A DNA stretch of 64,000 nt, taken from Candidatus Bathyarchaeia archaeon (GTDB taxonomy: Archaea > Thermoproteota > Bathyarchaeia > Bathyarchaeales > Bathycorpusculaceae). Below the pieces are notes generated by a model. The model was not told the DNA's origin, ran no database searches, and saw nothing but the letters and a program-made list of their open reading frames with translations. The DNA lies in the NCBI GenBank assembly GCA_038868115.1, contig JAWBXA010000001.1:2379-66378 (forward strand). The letters run 5' to 3'. The stretch's first letter is position 1, and each line of letters starts with the position of its first letter. Shown here piece after piece: positions 1-9,700 of this stretch. The position numbers and the translations under genes are program-made.

Positions 1-886
1 AGCGGGGCAGCAGAACCATTGTTCCAGCGAAGGATACTGGAGCATTCATGGTTGTTGTCATGCCGTAGATGTGGAATAATGGCAGTACCGCTAAAACAAC
101 TTCTTCGCCTTCGTTGGCTTGCAACCACTCCTTGCACATAAGAGCATTTGAAACAAGATTCGTGTGAGTGAGCATGGCTCCTTTAGGGACACCGCTTGTC
201 CCGCCCGTATATTGAAGGACAGCTAAATCTTCTCTCGGATTTATTTCAACCTTTGGCGGACTAGCCTCATATTTCGCCATTAACTCGGTGAAGAAGTAAA
301 TATTCGCCTTACGTTTCACCTTGTAAGATGGAATCTTTTTTAGCAGAGAACCCAGAAGGGCCTTAAAAGTTGGCATATAATCCTTTAAACCTGCTACTAC
401 AACGTTTCGAAGTTTTGTTTTCTCCCAAACCTTTTTCACAATTGGATAAAGCAAATCAAGGACAACTATTGTTTCGGCTTCTGAGTCGTTTAGCTGATGC
501 TCAACCTCTCTTTCTCTATAAAGCGGACTTATGGCAGTGACAATTGCCCCAGCCTTCAAAGCACCGTAATATGAAATTATGAACTGCGGAATATTTGGAA
601 CATAAATTGCAACTCTGTCGCCCTTTTTCACTCCTAAATCAACCAAAGCGGTTGTAAACTTGTCAGAGAGGACGTCCAGCTCCTTATAAGTTATTTTCTT
701 GTCAAAGTATATTATCGCAGTTTTATCTGGGTACTTTTTGGCGGAACTCCTTAAAAACTCGAAAAGGGGGACCTCGGGGTAGTCTATGTGTTTTCTAACT
801 CCTTGAGGCCAAAATTTGTACCATGGCTTTCTAGGTGGTTTCTCAATTTTCTCCTTTTCAACCTTCTTTTTCCTTTTAGCTGGCAT
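1..886 (-). CDS. AMP-forming acyl-CoA synthetase (long/medium-chain fatty-acid--CoA ligase), N-terminal ~295 aa; the C-terminus lies beyond the window edge
   Basis: Own translation of the minus strand from ATG at 886-884: MPAKRKKKVEKEKIEKPPRKPWYKFWPQGV... It contains the AMP-binding signature LQYTGGTSGVPKGAMLTH (around 180-240). The frame stays open to position 1. It is not in the ORF track because it is open-ended. Confidence 0.85.
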   Translation of the reverse strand, partial: MPAKRKKKVEKEKIEKPPRKPWYKFWPQGVRKHIDYPEVPLFEFLRSSAKKYPDKTAIIYFDKKITYKELDVLSDKFTTALVDLGVKKGDRVAIYVPNIPQFIISYYGALKAGAIVTAISPLYREREVEHQLNDSEAETIVVLDLLYPIVKKVWEKTKLRNVVVAGLKDYMPTFKALLGSLLKKIPSYKVKRKANIYFFTELMAKYEASPPKVEINPREDLAVLQYTGGTSGVPKGAMLTHTNLVSNALMCKEWLQANEGEEVVLAVLPLFHIYGMTTTMNAPVSFAGTMVLLPR

Positions 887-939
887 ATTAAACCCTATTA
901 GATATTTCAGGTTTTTGGAACAACAGTACTTCCCATGTT

Positions 940-1371
940 CTATTCTAATCGGGTAAACTCGTAGATTGGACGCCCTTCAGAGGTTAGCTTTGCTACAAGT
1001 TTGGCCTTCATCCCGATCTTAACTTCTGAAAGCTTAAATCCCGTGAGCCACGCAAGCACTCTAACGCCTTCCCTCAATCTGCCGATGGCCACGGTGTATG
1101 GCTTTTCCTGCTGGAAAGTTGTTGGCCTAACAACCACATGTGTAAAGGTTTCTATTGTCGCTTCGCTGCTAAGTTCAACCCACTCCACGTCGGAGGATAA
1201 ACAGTTTGCACAGTCAGCAGCTGGCGGAAAACACAGTTTTCCACACTTTTTGCACTTTGTGGTTAGGATTTTCCCTTGTTTGAGACCTTCCCAAAACTTA
1301 AGAGTCTTGCTTATTGGAATCTCCTGCACAATTTTTATTTCTCTTGACCGAATGGATGGTATAACCGCCAT
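940..1371 (-). CDS. DUF35-type OB-fold / zinc-ribbon protein (thiolase-associated scaffold protein)
   Basis: 143 aa with a CKKCGK...CANC zinc ribbon followed by an OB-fold-like C-terminus. It sits 4 nt downstream of a thiolase gene, which is the typical archaeal thiolase-DUF35 pairing. Confidence 0.8.
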   Translation of the reverse strand: MAVIPSIRSREIKIVQEIPISKTLKFWEGLKQGKILTTKCKKCGKLCFPPAADCANCLSSDVEWVELSSEATIETFTHVVVRPTTFQQEKPYTVAIGRLREGVRVLAWLTGFKLSEVKIGMKAKLVAKLTSEGRPIYEFTRLE

Positions 1372-1374
1372 TTT

Positions 1375-2550
1375 TCATCTCCTTAAAATTGTCACGTAAC
1401 AGTAGTGTCCGGTTCCACCCACATTATGGGCTAGGGCTATGTAATTTTTCATTGGAACTTGCCTACTCCTCTCAACAGTCTCTTCCCTTAGCTGTTTTGT
1501 CAGCTCATATATCATCGAACAGCCTGTTGCGCCAATTGGATGCCCCTTCGCCTTTAAGCCTCCGTCAACGTTCACCGGTATTTTTCCGCCGATTTCAGTT
1601 TGTCCTTCTCTAATTAGTTCGGCGCCTTCACCCTTCTTACAGAAGCCTAAATCTTCATATGCCATTATTTCGGCTATTGTGAAGCAGTCGTGGACCACCG
1701 CAACATCAATTTGATCCGGTGTCACATTTGCCATTTTGTAGGCTTTTTCTGCCGCTGCCACACTGGCTTCCAATCCAACATAGTCAAGTCTCTTGCTCAT
1801 GTTGGCTGTTCCAGAGGCATATCCGATGCTTGCAACCCACACTGGCGTATCAACTTTAAGTTCTTTAACCTTCTCTTCGGAAGCTAGAATTATTGAGGCA
1901 GCTCCATCAGTTACAGGACAGCAGTCGAAGAGTTTGAGGGGTGCGGCAATAACCATTGAAGATAATACGTCGTCAACTGTTATTCTGTTTTGGAGATGCG
2001 CCATAGGATTCATTGAAGCGTACTTGTGGTTTTTAACGGCAACCAGAGCCAGATCCTCCTCTGTTGTGCCGAACCTCGCCATATGAGCAGTGGCATACAA
2101 GGCATAATAAGCTGGAAAAGTCAAACCGAAATTGTGGAACTCCCATAAATAGTACCCAGCCCGCCCAATCCACTCTATCAACGTCGAAGCATCAATCTCC
2201 CGCATCTTTTCAACACCTAAGGCTGCCGCAATTTCGACTTGCCCGCTTGCCACAGCCCAGAAGGCTGTTGCAAAGGCAGCGCTTCCGCTTGCGCAGGCGG
2301 CTTCACAGCGCACAAGCCCAGCCCCGGTTAAACCGCAATATTCGGCTGAAACCACGGCTGGAAGGAGCTCCTCATACCATGCCCCGGCACCGGTTGAACC
2401 CACGGCAACAAAATCTATGTCTTTCGGCGTTATCCCAGCATCCTCAATCGAGGGCTTAAAAGCCTCAAAGGCGAGTTCCGCCACGTTCACATCGTTTCTA
2501 ACTCCAAACTTGGAGCACCCAACACCGATTATCGCGACTCTCCTCCTCAT
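1375..2550 (-). CDS. Thiolase (acetyl-CoA C-acyltransferase, archaeal SCP-x-like type)
   Basis: 391 aa with a thiolase-like pattern: N-terminus RVAIIGVGCSKFG, active-site-like CEAACASGSAA and C-terminal NVGGTGH. Confidence 0.85.
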   Translation of the reverse strand: MRRRVAIIGVGCSKFGVRNDVNVAELAFEAFKPSIEDAGITPKDIDFVAVGSTGAGAWYEELLPAVVSAEYCGLTGAGLVRCEAACASGSAAFATAFWAVASGQVEIAAALGVEKMREIDASTLIEWIGRAGYYLWEFHNFGLTFPAYYALYATAHMARFGTTEEDLALVAVKNHKYASMNPMAHLQNRITVDDVLSSMVIAAPLKLFDCCPVTDGAASIILASEEKVKELKVDTPVWVASIGYASGTANMSKRLDYVGLEASVAAAEKAYKMANVTPDQIDVAVVHDCFTIAEIMAYEDLGFCKKGEGAELIREGQTEIGGKIPVNVDGGLKAKGHPIGATGCSMIYELTKQLREETVERSRQVPMKNYIALAHNVGGTGHYCYVTILRR

Positions 2551-2615
2551 TCCATCACTTCTCCATAGACATAAGATTTAAAGCAATCAAAATGTGGAAA
2601 CGGCGAGAAGACGCT

Positions 2616-3404
2616 TCACTTCCCTTTGAATTCAGCTTTCCGCCTTGACATGAAGGCTTCTACGCCTTCCTTTAGGTCTTCTGTTGAGAAGGTTAGACCC
2701 ATAAGGGCTGATTCTATACGTAGGCCCGCGTCAAGCGGCACTTGGGTTCCAAAGTTTATGGCTAATTTTGCATACTTCAGAGCTATTGGTGGGCCTTCGC
2801 TTAGTTTTTTGGCTAGTTCGCGAACTTCATCTCTAAGCTTCTCGTAATGCACAACTTTGTGGACTAGGCCGATTTTAAGGGCTTCTTCAGCTTTAATCCT
2901 TGTTCCAAGCATAACTATCTCCTTAGCCTTTGCCAAGCCAATAATTCTCACAAGCCTTTGAGTTCCACCCCATCCCGGAATAAGCCCCAAGTTTACTTCC
3001 GGACTTCCTAATTCAGCATGTTCCGCAGCTATTCTAAAGTCGCATGCCAACGCTAGTTCTAAGCCTCCGCCAAGGGCGAAGCCGTTAATTGCCGCTATAA
3101 CTGGTTTTGACATTTCCTCTATCTTGCCAAAAACCTTCTGTCCAAGTCTGGAAAATTCTTCAGCCTTGACCGGCGTTGCCTTTGGAAACATTGTTATGTC
3201 TGCTCCTGCGCTGAAGGATCTGTCACCTTCCCCAGTTATCACAACACACCTAATAGATGGATCTTTGTCAGCTGTGTCTAGAGCGTCTGCAAGCTCTTCC
3301 ATTAAAATGTCGTTGAAGGCGTTCAATCTGTGCGGCCTGTTTAAGACGATCCATAGAACGCTGTCCTCTCTCTCAATTTTTAGGGTCTCATACACTTTGC
3401 TCAT
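2616..3404 (-). CDS. Enoyl-CoA hydratase (crotonase family)
   Basis: 262 aa with crotonase motifs FSAGADI and AAINGFALGGGLELALACD. Confidence 0.9.
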   Translation of the reverse strand: MSKVYETLKIEREDSVLWIVLNRPHRLNAFNDILMEELADALDTADKDPSIRCVVITGEGDRSFSAGADITMFPKATPVKAEEFSRLGQKVFGKIEEMSKPVIAAINGFALGGGLELALACDFRIAAEHAELGSPEVNLGLIPGWGGTQRLVRIIGLAKAKEIVMLGTRIKAEEALKIGLVHKVVHYEKLRDEVRELAKKLSEGPPIALKYAKLAINFGTQVPLDAGLRIESALMGLTFSTEDLKEGVEAFMSRRKAEFKGK

Positions 3405-3455
3405 AATTTCACCAAAGCATGTTTTATGGAGCAGCCTATATTACTTTTGAGAGAT

Positions 3456-4610
3456 TCAGAACTTTCTTAAGAGATACTTGAGCACCGTAAGCTTTTGGAT
3501 TTCGCTTGTTCCCTCATAGATTTCAGTTATTTTCGCGTCTCTATGGTACCTTTCAACGCGATATTCGCCCAAGTAGCCATAACCGCCAAGTGTTTGGATG
3601 GCGAAGTCTGTGGCTTCCATCGCCACACGGCTTGCGTACTGTTTTGCCATGGCTGTCGCCATCGGGTCCATTTTTCCAACGTCTATGAGCCAGGCAGCCT
3701 TGTAGGTTAAAAGCCTTGCAGCCTCTATTTTTGTGGCTAACTCCGCCAAAGTGCAGCCTATGGCTTCATGCTGGATTATGGGTTGTCCGAAGGCTTCTCT
3801 CTGCTTTGAGTATTTGAAGGCTATCTCCCATGCTCCTTGAGCAATACCTACGGCTTGAGCTGCCACGCCGACTCTTGTTCTGTCGAAGAACTCCATTGAG
3901 TGATAGAAGCCTTTGTTAAGTTCGCCTACGATATGCCAGTCGGTGACCTTAACATTGTTAAAGCGCACCTCGCCAGTTTCGGAACACCTAATTCCCATCT
4001 TATTGCGAAGTTTTGTTATCTCAAGTCCAGGTGTTCCCTTGTCGATGACAAATAGGGTTTCGCCTCTATAGGTTGGTCTAACTTTCGTGTCTGTTTGAGT
4101 TAAGACAATAATGAAGTCTGCTATTGTGGCGTTTGTTATAAAGGTTTTTGTGCCGTTAATCCACCACTCATTCCCATACTTTGTGGCGATTGTCCCCATG
4201 CGGGTTATGTCGCTTCCGCTAGCATTTTGCTCTGTGAAGGCCGCCGCAGAAATATAATCACCTCTGCAGATTGGCGGAAGATACTTATCCTTCTGCTCAT
4301 TTGTACCATATGCCAGTATTAATTCGCTGCCGAAGTTTCCGCTTGAAATAGCCACACCGAGCGACGAGTCAGCTCTACACATTTCCTCGATTACAAGACA
4401 TGTTTCTAAAAACCCATATCCTTGTCCACCATACTCTTGTGGAAAGAGCACACTTGTGAAGCCGAGTTTAGCTGCTTTCTTATAGAGTTCCATTGGAAAC
4501 TCTTCTTTACGGTCAAGCTCTAAAGCTAGTTCTGGTTTAAACTCTTTTTCGCAAAACTCCCTTACAGCATTTTTTATTTCAATTTGCTCCTCTGTTAATT
4601 CAAACCTCAT
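3456..4610 (-). CDS. Acyl-CoA dehydrogenase
   Basis: 384 aa. ACAD N-terminus MRFELTEEQIEIKNAVREF and C-terminus QTLGGYGY...YRDAKITEIYEGTSEIQ. Confidence 0.9.
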   Translation of the reverse strand: MRFELTEEQIEIKNAVREFCEKEFKPELALELDRKEEFPMELYKKAAKLGFTSVLFPQEYGGQGYGFLETCLVIEEMCRADSSLGVAISSGNFGSELILAYGTNEQKDKYLPPICRGDYISAAAFTEQNASGSDITRMGTIATKYGNEWWINGTKTFITNATIADFIIVLTQTDTKVRPTYRGETLFVIDKGTPGLEITKLRNKMGIRCSETGEVRFNNVKVTDWHIVGELNKGFYHSMEFFDRTRVGVAAQAVGIAQGAWEIAFKYSKQREAFGQPIIQHEAIGCTLAELATKIEAARLLTYKAAWLIDVGKMDPMATAMAKQYASRVAMEATDFAIQTLGGYGYLGEYRVERYHRDAKITEIYEGTSEIQKLTVLKYLLRKF

Positions 4611-5796
4611 TTAGGTAGAATCCTCTTTTAGTTTTCTTACCAAGCCAGCCCCTGCTGACGTACTCTTCTAGTAGCGGGCATGGCTTATACATCTCCATGT
4701 TATATTTGACGAAAAGTTCCTTTAACTTGCTGACAACAACGTCTATGCCGGTCCTATCTGCATACTCACATGGACCAGAAGGCCAATAAGTACCAAGTTT
4801 CATTCCGGTGTCTATGTCCACCGGAGCTGCCGCGTTTTCATGTACTAGCCATGCGGCCTCATTTACGGCTACAGCCCAAGACCTCTCAACGTCGTATTCC
4901 TCTATCAAGTTGAATGGTATTCTTGGCCTTCCTTTAGTCCAGTCGTAGAAGCCTACGCCTGTTTTTTGCCCAAGCTTTTTCTCCCTAACAAGGGGCTCTA
5001 TAACTTCTGCGCATGGTTTGAAGCGCTCGCCATAAGCCTCGTAAAGGATTTTTCCAATTTCGTAGGCTATGTCAAGTCCAACGAAGTCTGCCAGTTCAAA
5101 CCAGCCCATCGGGAAGCCGCCGCTATACTTGACAGAAGCGTCTATACCCTCTTTCGTTGCTTCACCGCGATGATAAGTCCAAAAAGCCTCATTAAAAACT
5201 GCTCCGAGGACACGGTTAACTATAAAACCCCGCACATCCTTCTTAACAACCACTGGTGTTTTTCCAAGTTTCTTAGCTAGCTCCACAAGGGTGTCTATTG
5301 TTTCCTGACTTGTTTTATCACCTTTAATAACCTCCACTAAAGCCATCATTTGCGGAGGGTTAAAGAAGTGCATCCCCGCCACTTTTTCTGGACGTTTTGT
5401 GGCATTTCCCATCTCCGTAATGCTTAAAGTTGAAGTATTAGACGCCAAAATTGCGTGTAACGGTGCAACGCTGTCAAGTTTTGCGAAAACCTGCTTTTTA
5501 AGCTCCATGTTTTCTGGAACTGCCTCAATGGCTATGTCTATGTCTTTAGCTGCCTCTTCATAACTTGTCGTCGTCTTTATTCTTGAAAGTGCCGCATCAG
5601 CATCCTCCTGCCTAATCCTTCTCTTTTCAACGAACTTACCCAAGCTCCACTTAATTTTTTCCATGCCCTTTTGCAATAGCTCGTCGCTGATGTCCACCAT
5701 TGTCACGTCGATGCCGCTCATAGCTAAAAGCTGCGTTATTCCATGTCCCATTGTTCCAGAACCAATTACGGCGGCTTTCTTCAATTTTTCAGCCAA
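4600..5796 (-). CDS. 3-hydroxyacyl-CoA dehydrogenase (NAD-binding plus C-terminal domains)
   Basis: Rossmann motif AAVIGSGTMGHGI. The ORF-track start (5865) adds about 23 unlikely residues. I prefer the TTG at 5796-5794, which is preceded by GGAGG. Confidence 0.85.
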   Translation of the reverse strand: MAEKLKKAAVIGSGTMGHGITQLLAMSGIDVTMVDISDELLQKGMEKIKWSLGKFVEKRRIRQEDADAALSRIKTTTSYEEAAKDIDIAIEAVPENMELKKQVFAKLDSVAPLHAILASNTSTLSITEMGNATKRPEKVAGMHFFNPPQMMALVEVIKGDKTSQETIDTLVELAKKLGKTPVVVKKDVRGFIVNRVLGAVFNEAFWTYHRGEATKEGIDASVKYSGGFPMGWFELADFVGLDIAYEIGKILYEAYGERFKPCAEVIEPLVREKKLGQKTGVGFYDWTKGRPRIPFNLIEEYDVERSWAVAVNEAAWLVHENAAAPVDIDTGMKLGTYWPSGPCEYADRTGIDVVVSKLKELFVKYNMEMYKPCPLLEEYVSRGWLGKKTKRGFYLNEV

Positions 5797-5923
5797 ATAA
5801 ATCCTCCCCAGCACGAGTAAAATGGATAAATAGCACGTATAATAAAACTTTTGAAAATCTGTCAAAAATGTCGGGAAATATAGGAGGATAAAGGGTGAGG
5901 GCTACAGCGTGATTTTGTCGCTC

Positions 5924-6062
5924 CTAACTAACACGGGGAATACACTTTTTTGGCTCTTCTTTTTGGTAGCATTCTAAGGCTAGTTTTGTGCGAATTCCTT
6001 TCTGCAAACTCGCGAGCAACTCGTTTAATCTCCATGTGCTACTCGGTCAGCTCAAAGTTCAT
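5924..6062 (-). pseudogene. Remnant of an acyl-CoA dehydrogenase N-terminus (in-frame TAG plus a frameshift, then truncated)
   Basis: Own translation: MNFELTE*HMEIKRVAREFAE, then after a frame change EIRTKLALECYQKEEPKK. This parallels MRFELTEEQIEIKNAVREFCEKEFKPELALELDRKEEFP of the intact ACAD at 3456-4610. Confidence 0.6.
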
Positions 6063-6089
6063 TTAGATTCACCGGCTCTAACTATGTCC

Positions 6090-7070
6090 TTAGGTTTTTA
6101 ACTCGCCAATTTTGTTTTTTAGTGCTGGCACAACTTTAAATAGGTCTTCAACGACGCCGTAATCTGAAAAGCTGAAGATTGGTGCCTTAGGGTCCTTATT
6201 AATAGCGATTATTAGGTCAGAGTTTTTCATTCCTAAGACGTGCTGGAAAGCCCCGCTTATGCCTAAGGCTATGTAGAGCTTTGGTTTAACAGTCTTTCCA
6301 GAAGTTCCCACTTGCCGATCGTTTGGAAGCCAACCTTTATCCACAATTGGACGGGAACACGCTAATACTCCGCCTAGCATTTTAGCTAGTTCTTCAACCA
6401 TTGGTATGTTGCTCTGGTCCTTTATTCCTCTTCCAATGCCTACAAGCACCTCCGCCGCTGTTATGTCAACGCCTCCAGGCGGTGGCAAAACATATTCAAG
6501 GAACCGCTTTGCAGCTATTTCCTCTGTTAAGGGTGATGGAACCTCAACAATTTGCCCATTTAAGGGTGTAGGCAGCTTTTGAGCTTGGAAAGCTGCTTGG
6601 CGAACTGTGACCATGTAGCTTTCAGCCTTTCGGAGAGTCGCCTTAACATTTACCTTGCCGCCGTACATCTGCCTCGTAACAGTGAACGTGTCACCTTCAA
6701 AGGCAAAGTCTATGCAGTCTGTCGCCAATGGAATGTTTAGGGCTGCTGCCAGTCTTGGGGCGAGCTCAACACCATAAGATGTATGCCCAATGATTGTTAA
6801 TAGGGGCTTACGCTCTTTAACCAGATGGGAAAGAACCATTTGGTAAGCTTCAGAATTGAAGTTCTCAAGCTTTCCGTCCTCGACAAGCAGAACCTTTCTA
6901 GCGTGTTCAGCCAAGTTTTTGGCGTGTTCTTTAATGTTCTTGCCTAAAATAACAGCCACTGGTTCAGCTTTTGTTTTCTCGGCTAGTTCTCTGGCTTTTG
7001 TCAGCAATTCGAAGGTTATATCCCTTAACTGCCCTTGCCTGTGCTCGGCTAAAACAAAAATTTCAGCCAT
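6090..7070 (-). CDS. etfA: Electron transfer flavoprotein, alpha subunit
   Basis: 326 aa with the ETF-alpha FAD-binding C-terminus (ALGISGAFQH..G). It lies directly downstream of etfB. Confidence 0.9.
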   Translation of the reverse strand: MAEIFVLAEHRQGQLRDITFELLTKARELAEKTKAEPVAVILGKNIKEHAKNLAEHARKVLLVEDGKLENFNSEAYQMVLSHLVKERKPLLTIIGHTSYGVELAPRLAAALNIPLATDCIDFAFEGDTFTVTRQMYGGKVNVKATLRKAESYMVTVRQAAFQAQKLPTPLNGQIVEVPSPLTEEIAAKRFLEYVLPPPGGVDITAAEVLVGIGRGIKDQSNIPMVEELAKMLGGVLACSRPIVDKGWLPNDRQVGTSGKTVKPKLYIALGISGAFQHVLGMKNSDLIIAINKDPKAPIFSFSDYGVVEDLFKVVPALKNKIGELKT

Positions 7071-7072
7071 AC

Positions 7073-7861
7073 CTAAATCAGCCCCCTAGACTTTAAGATT
7101 TCAACAATCCTCGTGGCTATCTCGTCTGGACTTCCCTTGAGGAATTCTGCCTGCTTCTCCACTGGCGGGACATAAAGCTTTTCCATCCTAAGCCATGAGC
7201 CAGCCTCGCCAACATCATTTTCGCTCAAGCCTATGTCTGCCAACCCCATAACTTTGACTTCCTTCTGCATAGCCTTCCGAATTCCCATGATGGAGACGTA
7301 GCGCGGCTCATTTATGCCCGTCTGAACAGCGAAAAGAGCTGGCAACCTAACTTCTAAGCGTTCTTCTAAGCCTCCCTCAAGCTCCCGGTTAACAATGGCT
7401 TTTCCATCGCTGAACTCAATCTTCTTAACCATAGTGGCGTGTGGAATGCCGAGTAACTCGGCCAGGATTGGGCCCACAACAGCACTCCCATCGTCGCCAG
7501 CCTGCGCCCCTGTTAGAATTAGGTCGAAGTGGAGGTTTTTGATTACGCTGTAAAGGATTTTTGCAGTGGCATAGGCGTCTGAGCCGGCAAATTTCGGGTC
7601 TGTTAGGCGTATAGCCTTATCGGCGCCGCGGGCAAGGCACTTTCGTAGCGTGCTTTCAGAGTCTTCTGGTCCGACGGTTATGGCAGTGACTGTGCCGCCG
7701 AACTTCTCTTTTATGCGCACAGCCTCTTCCAGCGCGTAGTCGTCCCACTCGTTAATATCGAAGACCAAACCAGCCGTTTCTATACCCTTGCCAGTCGCGT
7801 CAATTTTAAGTTCCGCTTCTGCCGTTTCCGGAACATGCTTAACACAAACGATAATGTCCAA
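7073..7861 (-). CDS. etfB: Electron transfer flavoprotein, beta subunit
   Basis: 262 aa with an ETF-beta pattern: MDIIVCVKHVPE... and DLILTGAQAGDDGSA. Confidence 0.9.
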   Translation of the reverse strand: MDIIVCVKHVPETAEAELKIDATGKGIETAGLVFDINEWDDYALEEAVRIKEKFGGTVTAITVGPEDSESTLRKCLARGADKAIRLTDPKFAGSDAYATAKILYSVIKNLHFDLILTGAQAGDDGSAVVGPILAELLGIPHATMVKKIEFSDGKAIVNRELEGGLEERLEVRLPALFAVQTGINEPRYVSIMGIRKAMQKEVKVMGLADIGLSENDVGEAGSWLRMEKLYVPPVEKQAEFLKGSPDEIATRIVEILKSRGLI

Positions 7862-8013
7862 TTACATTTCTCTCCTAAACCAGCTTTGAATTGTGTTGTA
7901 CAAACCGTTATCATATATTTTTTGCCCGACTTCGCATGCCAATTTAATGTTAAAATCTGCTTTATCCAGCAAAGTCTTTATCAAACGAAAACTGTAATGG
8001 AAACGGAGAAAGC

Positions 8014-8856
8014 ATGAAAAAAGATTTCGACTGGCTGCCAATACTAATCCAGTGTAGAGACAACGTGAAAAGGCGGATAACCCCGCTTTTAGAGACCGCA
8101 CACAAACAACAGCAAACAAACCTCGGCATAGGGGCTGGCGGCGACCCAATAAAACAGATTGACATGGAGGCGGAAAAAGCCATCGTGGAAACCATTGTTG
8201 GACAAGGCGTTTCATTCACTTTGATAAGTGAGGAGTCCGGCATAAAAAGATACGGTGAAAACCCGGACGAAAATTATGTGACAGCGGACCCGATAGATGG
8301 AACAACAAACCTAACGAGGGGCATACCATTCTACGCAACATCCATAGCAGTGTCCGCAAAGCCAGAACTGAACACCGTTCACACGGCGTTGGTGGCGGAC
8401 CTTTTCCACGGCACAACATACACCGCGGAAAAGCGTAAAGGTGCGTACCGTGACGGGGAGAAAATAGTTCCGTCAAAACAGACAAGCTTGGATGACGCGG
8501 TGATAGGCATAGACCTAAATACTTACAAGGCACATGAAATTGCCCCACAACTAACAAGTCTAATTGAGAAGACGAAGCATATACGCCATCTGGGGGCCAA
8601 CGCCCTAGAACTGTGCTACGTGGCTGACGGAACAACAGACGCTTTCATAGACATCCGCGGAAAGCTCAGAACAACAGACACGGCGGCTGCATGGCTAATA
8701 ATAAAGGAGGCTGGAGCACTAGTTACAATGCCAGATGGGAAGCCTTTAAACGCCAGACTGGACCCGAGGGAAAGGCTGACTTTTGTGGCTTCCGCCAACC
8801 CGCAAATCCACGAAAAAATTTTAAGTCTAATAAAAAGGGTTGAAGCAAGCCGATGA
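8014..8856 (+). CDS. suhB: Inositol monophosphatase / fructose-1,6-bisphosphatase family protein
   Basis: 280 aa with IMPase motifs ADPIDGTTN and WLIIKEAGA. Confidence 0.85.
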   Translation: MKKDFDWLPILIQCRDNVKRRITPLLETAHKQQQTNLGIGAGGDPIKQIDMEAEKAIVETIVGQGVSFTLISEESGIKRYGENPDENYVTADPIDGTTNLTRGIPFYATSIAVSAKPELNTVHTALVADLFHGTTYTAEKRKGAYRDGEKIVPSKQTSLDDAVIGIDLNTYKAHEIAPQLTSLIEKTKHIRHLGANALELCYVADGTTDAFIDIRGKLRTTDTAAAWLIIKEAGALVTMPDGKPLNARLDPRERLTFVASANPQIHEKILSLIKRVEASR

Positions 8857-9692
8857 TAATGCCTTTGATGCCCCACCCTGCCGCCCTTGTAAAGACTAAG
8901 GAGACAAGAGTTTTGGTTGTGACGGATTTACACATAGGATGGGAAATAGCCCTATCAGAAAAGGGCATACATGTACCAACACAAATGCCAAAACTTCTAC
9001 AAAAACTAAAGACTCTCATAAGCTTGTATAAGCCGGAAAAACTTCTGATAGTAGGCGATGTTAAACACACAGTGGCAACAGCAGAAATAAGCGAGTGGCA
9101 CGACGTCCCAGACTTCTTCACAGAACTAAAACCGCTCGTCCAAGAAGTACAGGTAATCCGTGGAAACCACGACGGAAACCTAGACCCACTACTCCCAGAA
9201 GGCATAAAAACCCTCCCATCCTCAGGCACAGCCATAGGTGATGTGGGCTTTTTCCACGGTCACCGCTGGCCATCACCAGCACTTTTAAAGTGCAAAACCA
9301 TTGTGATGGGGCATGTGCACCCAGTTGTGGGGTTCCGCGACCCTGCCGGATTTAGAATAACGAGGCAGGTTTGGGTTAAGGCAAACTGCAACAAAGAGCA
9401 GCTGACAAGGATTTTGCTGGAAAAGAACAAAATAAAGATTGAGAATAACCCGCAAGAGACATTGCTTAAACATTATGGGGTTAAACCCAAAACCTCCCAA
9501 CTTTTCATAATGCCGTCCTTCAATGAGTATTTAGGAGGAAAACCATTAAACGAGAAAAATTCTGGCGCAGAAGGGGAAAAAGTTGTTGGACCAATATTGA
9601 GGGCGAACGCTGTTGACTTGGAAAATGCGGAAATCTACCTCTTGGATGGCACTTTTCTTGGAACTTTAAGCCAGCTTAAAGCATTAGCATAG
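8853..9692 (+). CDS. Calcineurin-like metallophosphoesterase (archaeal SbcD/Mre11-related small phosphoesterase family)
   Basis: 279 aa with motifs VVTDLHIG, GDVKH, RGNHDG and GHVHP. The ATGA overlap with suhB implies translational coupling. Confidence 0.75.
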   Translation: MIMPLMPHPAALVKTKETRVLVVTDLHIGWEIALSEKGIHVPTQMPKLLQKLKTLISLYKPEKLLIVGDVKHTVATAEISEWHDVPDFFTELKPLVQEVQVIRGNHDGNLDPLLPEGIKTLPSSGTAIGDVGFFHGHRWPSPALLKCKTIVMGHVHPVVGFRDPAGFRITRQVWVKANCNKEQLTRILLEKNKIKIENNPQETLLKHYGVKPKTSQLFIMPSFNEYLGGKPLNEKNSGAEGEKVVGPILRANAVDLENAEIYLLDGTFLGTLSQLKALA

Positions 9693-9700
9693 CGCAAAGA

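Noticed and set aside
5797-5865. N-terminal 23-aa extension of the 3-hydroxyacyl-CoA dehydrogenase ORF (MTDFQKFYYTCYLSILLVLGRIY)
   Set aside because: The Rossmann GxGxxG follows immediately after the TTG at 5796, which has a GGAGG upstream. The extension is hydrophobic and unlike any HBD N-terminus. It probably belongs to the ACAD-relic/spacer region.
7862-8243. Two overlapping minus-strand ORFs (117 and 93 aa) across the etfB-suhB promoter region and the 5' end of suhB
   Set aside because: They have no recognisable motifs and a Cys/Leu/Arg/Phe-rich composition typical of out-of-frame or antisense reading. They also overlap a well-supported suhB gene.
8216-9235. Minus-strand ORFs of 139, 86 and 170 aa antisense to suhB and the metallophosphoesterase gene
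   Set aside because: These are shadow ORFs opposite strongly supported genes, with compositionally biased products.
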